Origin: Clostridia bacterium
Lineage (GTDB): Bacteria; Bacillota; Clostridia; TANB77; RGIG9151
Reading direction: 5' to 3'
DNA length: 32,000 nucleotides
Assembly: GCA_017934955.1 (NCBI GenBank)
Contig: JAGBIO010000004.1
Location: forward strand, 1-32,000
The position numbers and the translations under genes were made by a program. Numbering within the stretch: the stretch's first letter is position 1; each line of letters begins with the position of its first letter. Shown piece by piece: positions 1 through 8,853 of this stretch. Under the pieces are notes generated by a model that ran no database searches, was not told where the DNA came from, and saw nothing but the letters and a program-made list of their open reading frames with translations.

Positions 1-260
1 CAGCATTTATGCTGTCCTGCTTTCTGCCTTTCCTGTGGACAGCATAGTAGTCAAAACTTCCCAATCACTTCGTTCTTGGAGTTTTTTTACACAGGACGTA
101 CAAGCCATTCACTTCGTTCATGGTGTTACGTCCGCGAATGCTGTCCCTACAGTGTTCGTGCCTTTTCTATAAATTTAAGTCTGAGCAGTAACAAAACAAT
201 GATTACAAGTCAGAATATATATCGGGACGTCGAGGACGCCGTCCCCTACGATGATTGTAC
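1..260. repeat. REP-like cluster: partial hairpin 1-17, split hairpin 37-45/136-146, GC-rich variant 225-244, plus TIR-like modules
   Basis: Contains cagcatttatgctgtcc, then ggacagcat[90 nt]gaatgctgtccctaca, then ttttctataaatttaagtctgagcagtaac, then ttacaagtcagaatatat, then cgggacgtcgaggacgccgtcccctac. Confidence 0.9.
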
Positions 261-273
261 CATTTTGGCACTT

Positions 274-678
274 TTATCCTATTTCAATCATAACTTGTCC
301 CGGATTTACCGAATCGCCTTCTTTTACCAAAACATTGGTAACCACACCTGCTTCCGGTGCCACAATTTCATTTTCCATCTTCATTGCTTCCAAAATCAGC
401 AAAACATCATGCTTTCCAACGCTGTCTCCCACTTTTGTTTTGAGTTTCCAAATATTTCCCGGCATCGGTGCCGTTACTTTTATTGCACCGGCTGTTGGCT
501 TCGGTGTCTCTGCTACCGTAACTTTCTCCGCTTGTTTCGGAGGTTGCGGCTGTGCAACTTCTTGTTTTACTGCCGAAGTCACTACAGATGCTTCCTGCAC
601 TGAAAACTCTTTAACCTCTCTTACCGCCACATCGTACTCCGTTCCGTTTACCTTCACCTTAAAGAACTTTTCCATCAT
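274..678 (-). CDS. Biotin carboxyl carrier (biotinyl/lipoyl-domain) subunit of a biotin-dependent acyl-CoA decarboxylase/carboxylase
   Basis: Track ORF 274..690. Has the C-terminal EAMKMENEI biotinyl-lysine motif and a Pro/Ala-rich linker (QPQPPKQAEK...PKPTAG). The ATG at 678 has GGAGG 5 nt upstream, so it is preferred over 690. Follows a carboxyltransferase gene, as in mmdA-(D/E)-C type operons. Confidence 0.8.
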   Translation of the reverse strand: MMEKFFKVKVNGTEYDVAVREVKEFSVQEASVVTSAVKQEVAQPQPPKQAEKVTVAETPKPTAGAIKVTAPMPGNIWKLKTKVGDSVGKHDVLLILEAMKMENEIVAPEAGVVTNVLVKEGDSVNPGQVMIEIG

Positions 679-690
679 CCCGACCTCCAT

Positions 691-870
691 CTACATCAAG
701 TTATTCTGTCTTGCTTGAAAATTCCAAATTGGAACATTTACTTTATCTCGTAACAATCTCGGTAATTCCGCTGTTTCTCCCGAGGCAGAAAGCATCTCTT
801 GAATCGCCGCAACAATTACCGCAACGACCTCTTCATCATGACATTCCGTCAAAATCTCAATTTCCTTCAT
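691..870 (-). CDS. Small 59-aa protein, possibly an OadG/MmdE-like small subunit of the decarboxylase complex
   Basis: Not in the track (below size cutoff). My translation is MKEIEILTECHDEEVVAVIVAAIQEMLSASGETAELPRLLRDKVNVPIWNFQARQNNLM, from ATG at 870 to TAG at 691-693. It exactly fills the gap between the carboxyltransferase and the biotin carrier. The EEVVAVIVAAI segment resembles the conserved part of OadG-family small subunits, but there is no clear TM helix. Confidence 0.45.
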   Translation of the reverse strand: MKEIEILTECHDEEVVAVIVAAIQEMLSASGETAELPRLLRDKVNVPIWNFQARQNNLM

Positions 871-883
871 TTCACTTCACCCA

Positions 884-2221
884 CTAAATGACATTTCCAT
901 GTTTTTTATTCGGTTTCTCAAACCTCTTACTGCTATATAAATCCAACGCCCGAATCACCTGCGCACGCAACATCGCCTCTTCAACAACTACATCTGCAAA
1001 CAGCTCCCTCGCCGCATTCTCGGTCGTTCCCCACTTTTCACTATACTCTCTTGCATAATTTTCCCGCATTTGAATCGGATTTTCCGCCTCGGTAATTTCT
1101 TTATCGTATAAAACCGTTGCAACCGCTTGCGGATCCATAATTGCAATATTGGCCCCTTTCACCGCAATTGTAATATCCGGCTTTGTGCCTAACACCAATA
1201 ACGCTGAACCATACGCTTTTTTCAAAACCACATTTACCTTCGGAACGCTCGCCATGCAATACGCATAAATCAGCTTCGACGCACTTCGAAGCAATCCGCC
1301 TCGCTCCTCCTCCGCATCTGCCCGGAAACTCTTTCCGTCAATAAAGGTAACTAACGGCAAATTAAAGGAATCACAAATTCTTACAAAACGGCAAATTTTC
1401 TCAATATCCTTCTGCGAAATTCGCTCCTCACGTAAAGAAACAATTCCGCAAGCTCTTCCGCCAACCCGTCCCAAACCGGTAACGCTATCGGCAAAAGCTG
1501 CATTTACCTCAAAAAAAGAATCCTCATCACACAAACACAATAAATCCTGCCGAATCTCTCCAACAGAGACAAACGCTTTTTCTTCTTGACACGCATACAT
1601 CGCAGTATCGCTCAAATGGTTTTCCGGAAGATAACTTAATAGTGTGCGAACCTTTCCGGCACACTCGTTAAAATCCCGACAAACGACATCACAAATCCCG
1701 CTTACATCATGGTGCATTTTTGCACCACCAATCTCGCTTAACTGCACTGTTTTTCCGGTTTCTGCCATAATCACCTGCGGACTATTTAAAAACATACAGC
1801 TTTCTTCCAACATAAACACAAAATCTCCAAACGCTGCCATATAAGCCGCTGCACCGGCACATTCCATTGTCACAATTGAAATCATCGGTACCACGCCGCT
1901 TAATTTTGCAAACCACTCCAACACTTGATGAATCCCTGAAACCGCTTTCATGCCTTCGGAAATCTTGGTTCCTGCCGAATCAAACAATCCAACCACAGGA
2001 ACGCCCGTCTTATACGCATTTTCCAATAACTTACAAAGTTTTCGGCAATTTGCTTCGCTTAATGCGCCGGAACAACAAGAAGAGTCCTGCGAAAAAATAT
2101 ATACCGGTCGAGAAGAAATCGCCGCATAACCGCAAACAATCCCCGATTCCTCCTCCGGATTCGTTTCCGCAAAACTCTTTTCATCCACCAAATTCAAAAT
2201 ATATTCTCTCGCCTTTGTCAT
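884..2221 (-). CDS. Acyl-CoA carboxyltransferase subunit (methylmalonyl-CoA decarboxylase alpha / propionyl-CoA carboxylase beta family)
   Basis: Track ORF 884..2287. Carboxyl-transferase-like sequence throughout (GGARACGIV..., two-domain layout). The first 22 codons of the track ORF run into a REP hairpin at 2264-2283. The ATG at 2221 (MTKAREYILN...) has GGAG upstream. Confidence 0.8.
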   Translation of the reverse strand: MTKAREYILNLVDEKSFAETNPEEESGIVCGYAAISSRPVYIFSQDSSCCSGALSEANCRKLCKLLENAYKTGVPVVGLFDSAGTKISEGMKAVSGIHQVLEWFAKLSGVVPMISIVTMECAGAAAYMAAFGDFVFMLEESCMFLNSPQVIMAETGKTVQLSEIGGAKMHHDVSGICDVVCRDFNECAGKVRTLLSYLPENHLSDTAMYACQEEKAFVSVGEIRQDLLCLCDEDSFFEVNAAFADSVTGLGRVGGRACGIVSLREERISQKDIEKICRFVRICDSFNLPLVTFIDGKSFRADAEEERGGLLRSASKLIYAYCMASVPKVNVVLKKAYGSALLVLGTKPDITIAVKGANIAIMDPQAVATVLYDKEITEAENPIQMRENYAREYSEKWGTTENAARELFADVVVEEAMLRAQVIRALDLYSSKRFEKPNKKHGNVI

Positions 2222-2260
2222 TTGTAAACACTCCTTTACGAGCAAGCGTTTTGCCCATTC

Positions 2261-2371
2261 TGCGGACAGCATGAATGCTGTCCACACAATATTTGTGCCT
2301 CTTTCTTTCTATGCTGTCCACACAATATCTGTGCCTCTATCTTTCTGTACGGACAGCATTTATGCTGTCCA
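2261..2371. repeat. REP-like cluster (hairpins 2264-2283 and 2351-2370, half copy 2311-2319) with a 36-bp tandem duplication
   Basis: ggacagcatgaatgctgtcc and gtacggacagcatttatgctgtcc. Positions 2275-2310 and 2311-2346 are near-identical 36-mers. Confidence 0.9.
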
Positions 2372-2857
2372 CTAATATCCTTCTTTTCCTTCTAAAGATT
2401 CGTCGGATTTTACCCATTCTTCCACTTCAATCTCACGATAATGCTCCTTATCATCCCGAATAATAATATTCTTAATTCCCGCATTAATCACCAATCGCTT
2501 ACACATCGGACAGGAACTCGTTCCCGCCACAAGCTCGCCGGTCTTGGGATCCTTACACACCAAATACAAAGTCGCCCCAATCATATCTCGACGAGACGCC
2601 GAAATAATCGCATTCGCCTCCGCATGCACCGAACGACATAATTCATAACGCGTTCCCCGCGGAATATTCAATTCCTCCCGCACGCAATTTCCAATATCAC
2701 AACAATTCTTTCTGTCACGAGGCGCTCCGTTATACCCTGTCGAAATAATCTCATCATTTTTCACAATAATCGCACCAAAGCATCTTCGTAAGCAAGTGCT
2801 TCTCTCCACCACCGTCTCTGCAATGTCTAAATAATAGTTTGTCTTATTCCGTCTCAT
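2372..2857 (-). CDS. comEB: dCMP deaminase (ComEB family, zinc-dependent CMP/dCMP deaminase)
   Basis: Has HAEANAI and PMCKRLV (C-x2-C) zinc-binding motifs at 161 aa. GGAG-type RBS (aaaggagtatttgtATG). The stop codon lies 1 nt from a REP hairpin. Confidence 0.85.
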   Translation of the reverse strand: MRRNKTNYYLDIAETVVERSTCLRRCFGAIIVKNDEIISTGYNGAPRDRKNCCDIGNCVREELNIPRGTRYELCRSVHAEANAIISASRRDMIGATLYLVCKDPKTGELVAGTSSCPMCKRLVINAGIKNIIIRDDKEHYREIEVEEWVKSDESLEGKEGY

Positions 2858-2880
2858 ACAAATACTCCTTTTTTCAAATT

Positions 2881-3040
2881 CTGCCTATTGGGTGGACACA
2901 ATAAATTGTGTCCCTACACATTGTGCTTTTTTCATTATTTCTGCTTATTTGGCGGACACAATAAATTGTGTCCCTACACATTGTGCTTTTTTCATTATTT
3001 CTGCTTATTTAGTGGACACAATAAATTGTGTCCCTACCAT
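2881..3040. repeat. Tandem array of a 60-bp unit (2.7 copies), each carrying GGACACAATAAATTGTGTCC-CTACA
   Basis: Hairpins at 2894-2913, 2954-2973 and 3014-3033. The sequence between them is also identical (cattgtgcttttttcattatttctgcttattt). Confidence 0.95.
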
Positions 3041-3049
3041 CTCTACGTT

Positions 3050-3637
3050 TTATAGGTTCTGCTCATATATTTTTTTATACATTTCATACGCATTCATAAT
3101 TTTCTGCTCATATTTCTTCGTTTCATCAAACGGAATTTCATCCAACGTCTTCCCATCGCCACTCAAATCTTCCCGTTTCAGCCACCTCGATGCGTTAGTC
3201 GGACCCGCATTATACGCCGCAATTGCTACCTTTAAATCTCCGTCAAAGCGATTTAGTAAATATTTGAAGTACCATACTCCCATCATAATATTTTTTTCCG
3301 GATCAAACAAGTCCTCCTGCGAAAAATCTTTTATTCCCATCTTCTCCGCAATCCAACTTCCGGTATCCGGCGTAATCTGCATCAATCCGCACGCCCCTTT
3401 AGCGGAAACCGCATCTTTATCGTAATAGCTTTCTGCACGAATAATGGAATAGACCAAATATTTATCAATATCATTGCTTAACGCATATTTCTCTACAATT
3501 TCCTCATAGGATAACGGATAACGAATTCGATAAACGTCTCCTGACGCAAATTTCCAATAAACCGCTATCAAAAGTCCTATACAAAAAAGGACGAATAAAC
3601 TCTGTATTCCGTTATACGTTGTTTTTTTCTTTTTCAA
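3050..3637 (-). CDS. Membrane-anchored lytic transglycosylase (SLT domain)
   Basis: SLT motifs ES...AVSAKGACGLMQIT and AYNAGPTN, plus an N-terminal TM helix. The track start at 3703 lies inside REP 3695-3714. A TTG at 3637 is preceded by AGGAGG plus 6 nt and gives MKKKKTTYNG... Confidence 0.8.
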   Translation of the reverse strand: MKKKKTTYNGIQSLFVLFCIGLLIAVYWKFASGDVYRIRYPLSYEEIVEKYALSNDIDKYLVYSIIRAESYYDKDAVSAKGACGLMQITPDTGSWIAEKMGIKDFSQEDLFDPEKNIMMGVWYFKYLLNRFDGDLKVAIAAYNAGPTNASRWLKREDLSGDGKTLDEIPFDETKKYEQKIMNAYEMYKKIYEQNL

Positions 3638-3690
3638 CGCAATCCTCCTAACGTTGCTTTTTACGTGCGTTATTTGTGCCTCTTTTTTCC

Positions 3691-3838
3691 GTACGGACAG
3701 CATTTATGCTGTCCTAATTCTAAGTATCTGCCTATTCTGTGGACACAATAAATTGTGTCCCTACAATGTATCATTATAGAAAGATATAGTTTGAACAATA
3801 CCCTCTCTCTCCGTACGGACACAATTTATTGTGTCCTA
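3691..3838. repeat. REP-like cluster (hairpins 3695-3714, 3741-3760, 3817-3836)
   Basis: gtacGGACAGCATTTATGCTGTCC, then ctgcctattctgtGGACACAATAAATTGTGTCCctaca, then gtacGGACACAATTTATTGTGTCC. Confidence 0.95.
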
Positions 3839-6463
3839 TTTTGCATCATACCAACTTTCGCCTGCCTGAAGTTCTACCTTCAATCTTACCGACAAGTTCG
3901 CGGCACTCTCCATCGAATCTCTCACAATCTTCTTTACTTCTTCGATTTCCTCTTCCGCCGTCTCTACTAAAAGTTCGTCATGCACCTGCAACACCAATCT
4001 CGACTTCATTCCCTTTAACTTCCTATTTACCTCAATCATCGCGATTTTAATAATATCCGCCGCACTCCCCTGAATCGGCATATTCATCGCAATTCTCTCA
4101 CCAAAAGCACGAATATTAAAATTTGACGAATGAATCTCCGGCAAATATCTTCTACGCTGAAAAATGGTATCCACGTACCCTTTTTTCTTCGCCTGTGCTA
4201 TCTTCTCATTCATAAAAGTTTTAATTCCCGAAAAGTGCTCGAAATACGCATCAATATAATCTTTCGCCTCTTTTTTGGAAATTCCCAAATCCTGACTCAG
4301 CGAAAAATCACCTTGCCCATACACAATCCCAAAGTTAACGGTTTTCGCACGCGAACGCAAACGCGAAGTAACTTCCTCTTTCGAAACATGAAAAATCTGC
4401 GTTGCTGTCGTTGTATGAATATCCTCATCATGATTAAACGCATCAATCATCGTCTTATCCTGTGCCATATGTGCCAAAACGCGAAGTTCAATCTGCGAAT
4501 AATCGGCATCAATAAACACATAACCCGATTCCGGAACAAACATCTTTCGAATCTTTCTTCCGAGTTCCATTTTTATCGGAATATTCTGCAAATTCGGTTC
4601 GGTACTGCTTAAACGCCCTGTTGCGGTAATCGTTTGATTAAAATTCGAATGCACCCTTCCATCCTTCGCATCAATCACGTTATCGATTCCTTCAATATAA
4701 GTGGACTTCAATTTCGCATACTGCTTATATTCCAAAATCTTCTCCACAATCGGATGATCGTTTTTTATACGTTCCAACGTCTCCGCATCCGTCACATATC
4801 CTTTTTTATTCTTCTTCCCGGCACTTAATCCCAATCGTTCAAACAAAATCTCCCCGATTTGTTTCGGCGAATTTACATTAAACTCCACACCCGCCATTTC
4901 AATAATTTCTTTTCGTACCTCTTCTAATTTTTCACCAAGCTCATTTCCGTAAGCATGAAGGAATTCTCTATCCACCTTCATCCCCGCAATTTGCATATCT
5001 GCCAACACTTCAATTAACGGCATCTCAATCTCAAAGAAAAGTTGTTCCTGACGGTTTTTCTTAATCTCCTGCAAATATTCCGGCATCAATGTCCAAATTA
5101 CCTTTGCTGCCGTCGAAACATATTTATTGTTATCTACTTTTGTATTTACGCTAAACAAACTGATTTGTGTTTCGGCAGTTCCCTTTAACGAAGTTAAATC
5201 AAAAAATAACTTGTCCTGTGCAATCTTATCCACACTACCATCCACACGTGTCGGATTTACCACGTACTGCGCAATATCCAAATCAAAATACAAATTTTTC
5301 AACTCGACCTTTTTCTTCTTTAACGCAATATACACGTTTTTCGTGTTCATTCCATATTTTTTCTTATCATTCTCAAAAATCACCTTCAAAATTTCCTGCG
5401 AAGAAGCAGAATCCAAATCTACACAAATGACTTTTTTATCGGAATAAATCCCGATTTGTGTAAAATCATCCGACGCATAAAACGCAAACTCTTCGAGATC
5501 CGCCAAACTTTGCTCTAATTGCTTGCTATCCGTAAGTTTCTCTCCCACCGCCGGGTGAAAATCGCTCTTTAATGCGGCTGTCCCTGTCAAATTCAGCTTT
5601 TTAATGAAGGTTGTAAACTCCAACTTGTTAAAAATCTCATACAGAGCCTCCGAATTTACTTCCCGCACCTCATATTCCTTTTCCTCAAAAGAAAGCGGAA
5701 TATTTCTGTCAATCGTCGCAAGCGTACGACTCATATACGCCATATCCTTAAACTCTATCAAAGACTCCCGTGCCTTTGGCTTAATCAAGGAATCATCAAT
5801 ATGCTCATAAACACTCTCAATATTTTTATACGCCTTAATATATCCAAGTGCTGTCTTTTCGCCGATTCCCGGCACACCCGGTATATTATCCGAAGAATCT
5901 CCCATTAAACCTTTTACATCAATCAGTTCCAAAGGAGAAACACCATATTTCTCTTTAATTCCCTCAACGTCATACGTTTCCGTCTCGGTACGTCCATTTT
6001 TCGTCACCGGTAGCTTTACGATAATATTGTCCTCAATCAGCTGGAAGGAATCACGATCTCCGGTAAACAAAATAACCTCTTCCCCCTGTTGCTTCGCTTT
6101 TTTCGAAAGGGTACCCAAGATATCATCCGCCTCATAGCCTTCTAATTCTACTCTCTTAATATTCATTGCATCCAAAATTTCTTTGATAATCGGCATCTGC
6201 TGTGCTAACTCATCCGGCATTTTCTTCCGATTCGCCTTATACCCATCATACATTTTATGACGAAAAGTCGGCGCCTTCAAATCAAACGCCACCGCCAAAT
6301 AATCCGGCTGATCCTCATGCAAAATCTTAAATAAAATCGTTAAAAATCCAAAAACAGCATTGGTATGAATCCCATCCTTCGTCATCAGCATATTCTTACC
6401 CGACAGCCCATAAAACGCACGATTCATAATACTGTTTCCATCGATAATGACTAATTTTTTCAT
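3836..6463 (-). CDS. polA: DNA polymerase I
   Basis: 5'-nuclease N-terminus (LVIIDGNS..., GDSSDNIPGVPGIGEKTA) and polymerase motifs DYSQIELRVLAH and QVHDELL. The ATG at 6463 (MKKLVIIDG) has a GGGAG RBS, and the track N-terminal extension runs into the repeat region. The TAG stop overlaps the last base of REP 3817-3836. Confidence 0.97.
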   Translation of the reverse strand: MKKLVIIDGNSIMNRAFYGLSGKNMLMTKDGIHTNAVFGFLTILFKILHEDQPDYLAVAFDLKAPTFRHKMYDGYKANRKKMPDELAQQMPIIKEILDAMNIKRVELEGYEADDILGTLSKKAKQQGEEVILFTGDRDSFQLIEDNIIVKLPVTKNGRTETETYDVEGIKEKYGVSPLELIDVKGLMGDSSDNIPGVPGIGEKTALGYIKAYKNIESVYEHIDDSLIKPKARESLIEFKDMAYMSRTLATIDRNIPLSFEEKEYEVREVNSEALYEIFNKLEFTTFIKKLNLTGTAALKSDFHPAVGEKLTDSKQLEQSLADLEEFAFYASDDFTQIGIYSDKKVICVDLDSASSQEILKVIFENDKKKYGMNTKNVYIALKKKKVELKNLYFDLDIAQYVVNPTRVDGSVDKIAQDKLFFDLTSLKGTAETQISLFSVNTKVDNNKYVSTAAKVIWTLMPEYLQEIKKNRQEQLFFEIEMPLIEVLADMQIAGMKVDREFLHAYGNELGEKLEEVRKEIIEMAGVEFNVNSPKQIGEILFERLGLSAGKKNKKGYVTDAETLERIKNDHPIVEKILEYKQYAKLKSTYIEGIDNVIDAKDGRVHSNFNQTITATGRLSSTEPNLQNIPIKMELGRKIRKMFVPESGYVFIDADYSQIELRVLAHMAQDKTMIDAFNHDEDIHTTTATQIFHVSKEEVTSRLRSRAKTVNFGIVYGQGDFSLSQDLGISKKEAKDYIDAYFEHFSGIKTFMNEKIAQAKKKGYVDTIFQRRRYLPEIHSSNFNIRAFGERIAMNMPIQGSAADIIKIAMIEVNRKLKGMKSRLVLQVHDELLVETAEEEIEEVKKIVRDSMESAANLSVRLKVELQAGESWYDAK

Positions 6464-6483
6464 ATTGCTACTCCCTTTTTCTT

Positions 6484-6575
6484 TCTGCCTATTCTGTGGA
6501 CACAATGAATTGTGTCCCTACAACTTTTGTACTATCCCCGTACGGACAGCATTCATGCTGTCCGTGAATTGTGTC
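6484..6575. repeat. REP-like inverted doublet (6498-6517, 6544-6563) plus a fragment
   Basis: ctgcctattctgtGGACACAATGAATTGTGTCCctaca ... gtacGGACAGCATTCATGCTGTCC, followed by gtgaattgtgtc. Confidence 0.95.
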
Positions 6576-6581
6576 TTAATG

Positions 6582-7703
6582 TCACTCATTTCTAACATTC
6601 CTCGAAATATTCAATAATATTCCGATACACGCCATAAAAATTAACAGTGAGGAACCTCCGTAACTCATGAATGGAACCGGCATACCGGTTACCGGGAACC
6701 AACTTGTTACAATGGCAAGGTTAAATAAAAATTGTAACGCAATTAACATCGTAATTCCAATTGCCATCAATCCGGAAAATAAATCGGGAGCTTTCATCGC
6801 AATGACTATTCCGCGCCAAACCAAGAGCCCGAAAAGTGTAATTACCAAAAGCATACCCAAAAGACCGAGTTCTTCCCCCAAAATTGCCAAGATAAAATCA
6901 TTATGAGCGTCCGGAAGATAAGAATATTTCTGTTTACTCTGTCCTAAGCCAAGTCCGAAAATTCCACCGCTACCAATTGCATACAGAGACTGAATCACCT
7001 GCCAACCGGTACCTTTTATATCCGACCAGGGATCTAAAAATCCAACAATACGATCCACTCGGTATTTTGAAATAAAAATACCAATCACGCCAATCGGAAC
7101 CACAATGGCGCCAATCGTTGCAAAATGACTGAATTTCGCACCGCCCACAAACAACAAAATCACCGAAATTAATCCAATAATACCAATGGCACTGTAATGC
7201 GGTTCTAAGTACAATAGTCCTGCCACAAGACCAATCACAATAAAGTAGGGAAACAATCCCGTCCAAAATTTCTCCAATTTCTTTTGATTTTCGGAAATAC
7301 TCGCACTTAGGAAAATAATCATCGCTACTTTCGCTACTTCAGAAGGCTGAAAATTCGTAATTCCTAAATCAATCCAACGCTTTGCACCTCTTGTCTCTCC
7401 GCTTCCTACGCCCGGAATCAGCACCAAGCACAATAAAGCAATCGCTACCACAAAAATCAGTTTTGCAAAACGCTTGTAAATCTTATAATCCAAGCGGGAA
7501 AGAAACAACATCACTCCGATTCCCACAATACCAAACAAAAATTGACGCACAAAAAAATGGTAAGGATTTTGATAAGACAGCAATCCCAAATGCGAACTGG
7601 CACTAAGCACCATCAAAAGTCCGATTCCGAACAAAATAATTACCGTCGTAAATAAAGTATAATCAAAAGGTTTTAACTTTGATTTCATTCCAAAATCCCC
7701 CAT
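6582..7703 (-). CDS. ftsW: SEDS-family peptidoglycan polymerase FtsW/SpoVE
   Basis: Polytopic membrane protein with FtsW/RodA/SpoVE signatures (PDAHNDFI, GMPVPFMSYGGSS), directly downstream of mraY. An alternative start at 7688 (MKSKLKP) has a G-rich RBS. Confidence 0.9.
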   Translation of the reverse strand: MGDFGMKSKLKPFDYTLFTTVIILFGIGLLMVLSASSHLGLLSYQNPYHFFVRQFLFGIVGIGVMLFLSRLDYKIYKRFAKLIFVVAIALLCLVLIPGVGSGETRGAKRWIDLGITNFQPSEVAKVAMIIFLSASISENQKKLEKFWTGLFPYFIVIGLVAGLLYLEPHYSAIGIIGLISVILLFVGGAKFSHFATIGAIVVPIGVIGIFISKYRVDRIVGFLDPWSDIKGTGWQVIQSLYAIGSGGIFGLGLGQSKQKYSYLPDAHNDFILAILGEELGLLGMLLVITLFGLLVWRGIVIAMKAPDLFSGLMAIGITMLIALQFLFNLAIVTSWFPVTGMPVPFMSYGGSSLLIFMACIGILLNISRNVRNE

Positions 7704-7710
7704 TCGGTAT

Positions 7711-8679
7711 TTACACTAACAAAAATCCAATCGCACACAACACAATCGTCAATCCCCAAAACGTCCAAACGATTTTCTTCTCACTCCAACCACATAACTC
7801 AAAATGATGATGAAGAGGCGCCATTTTAAAGATTCGCTTTCCACCGGAAGCCTTAAAATAAATCACTTGAATAATATCTGACAACGCTTCAGCCACACAA
7901 ACACCCGCTACCACAATCAACAAAATCGGCATTTGAACCATTAATGAAACCGCTCCAATAGCGCCTCCTAAAGCCAAAGATCCCGTATCTCCCATAAACA
8001 CTTTTGCCGGATTTACATTGTACACCAAAAATCCAAGACAAGAACCCGTCACAATTGAGGAGAAAATAATAATCTCTATACTATCCATAGCTATGCCAAG
8101 CATCGTAAAAAATGCCATAATAATAACAACAATTCCGGTCGCCAATCCATCCAATCCATCTGTAATATTCACTACATTTGTTGTAGACATCATCACTAAA
8201 ATCGCAAACGGGATAAATACATAGTACCCTAAATCAAAAAATTTCTTAACAATCGGTATGTAAGTTTCCGTTCCCAACCCCATAACTTCTACAATGTAAT
8301 ATACAAACAGTCCCGATACCACTAAAAGTAATAACACTTTCTGCCATGCATAAAGTCCGGTAGAACGTTTTTTTACCACTTTAATATAATCATCGATGAA
8401 TCCGATTCCGCCATATAGCAATGTCGTTACAAGCAAAACAATCAATGACTCTCGTGCTGTTGTGTATCTTACTGCTGCTAAGAAAGTCATAAAAGTAATT
8501 GACGCAAGAAAGATAAGACCTCCCATACTTGGCGTTCCCTCTTTCTTTAGATGCGTTTCCGGTCCGTCATCCCTTATATGCTGCTCTACATGAATCTTCT
8601 TCAAAAAATGTAAGATCAGTTTTCCAAAAAACACACTAACCACAAATGATGCCAATAAAAGTCCTACTTGTAATTTCAT
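7711..8679 (-). CDS. mraY: Phospho-N-acetylmuramoyl-pentapeptide transferase
   Basis: MraY motifs (NITDGLDGLA, MGDTGSLALGG, APLHHHFE). The start was moved to ATG 8679 (MKLQVGLL...) with GGAGG upstream. The track extension begins inside REP 8755-8774. Confidence 0.95.
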   Translation of the reverse strand: MKLQVGLLLASFVVSVFFGKLILHFLKKIHVEQHIRDDGPETHLKKEGTPSMGGLIFLASITFMTFLAAVRYTTARESLIVLLVTTLLYGGIGFIDDYIKVVKKRSTGLYAWQKVLLLLVVSGLFVYYIVEVMGLGTETYIPIVKKFFDLGYYVFIPFAILVMMSTTNVVNITDGLDGLATGIVVIIMAFFTMLGIAMDSIEIIIFSSIVTGSCLGFLVYNVNPAKVFMGDTGSLALGGAIGAVSLMVQMPILLIVVAGVCVAEALSDIIQVIYFKASGGKRIFKMAPLHHHFELCGWSEKKIVWTFWGLTIVLCAIGFLLV

Positions 8680-8750
8680 AAAAACTCCTCCGTTTATTCC
8701 GATTATTCTAACCATCAAACTATATCTTCCACAATGTTCGTTCAAACATT

Positions 8751-8853
8751 GTACGGACAGCATTTATGCTGTCCCTACACTAATTTAATTCTGAATAGTA
8801 ACGCGATTAGTTTACTATCCTACCCTTTTGTACGGACACAATTCATTGTGTCC
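8751..8853. repeat. REP-like cluster (8755-8774, 8834-8853) with a TIR-like module at 8779-8801
   Basis: gtacGGACAGCATTTATGCTGTCCctaca, then ctaatttaattctgaatagtaac, then gtacGGACACAATTCATTGTGTCC. Confidence 0.95.

Noticed and set aside
76-718. Plus-strand track ORFs 76..603 and 251..718
   Set aside because: They are antisense to the well-supported biotin-carrier gene, have Cys/Phe/Arg-rich odd composition, and start within the repeat cluster.
2881-3040. Regularly spaced palindromic repeats that look like a CRISPR array (also at 24541-24719 and 13533-19)
   Set aside because: The sequences between the palindromes are themselves identical from unit to unit, so these are tandem duplications, not unique spacers. 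The repeats are only 20 nt, there are just 2-3 units, and no cas genes are nearby.
2275-3425. Track ORFs 2275..2463 and 2892..3425, which encode internally repetitive peptides
   Set aside because: They read straight through REP arrays (for example DTINCVPTHCAFFIISAYL three times) and then run antisense to real genes. No RBS is present.
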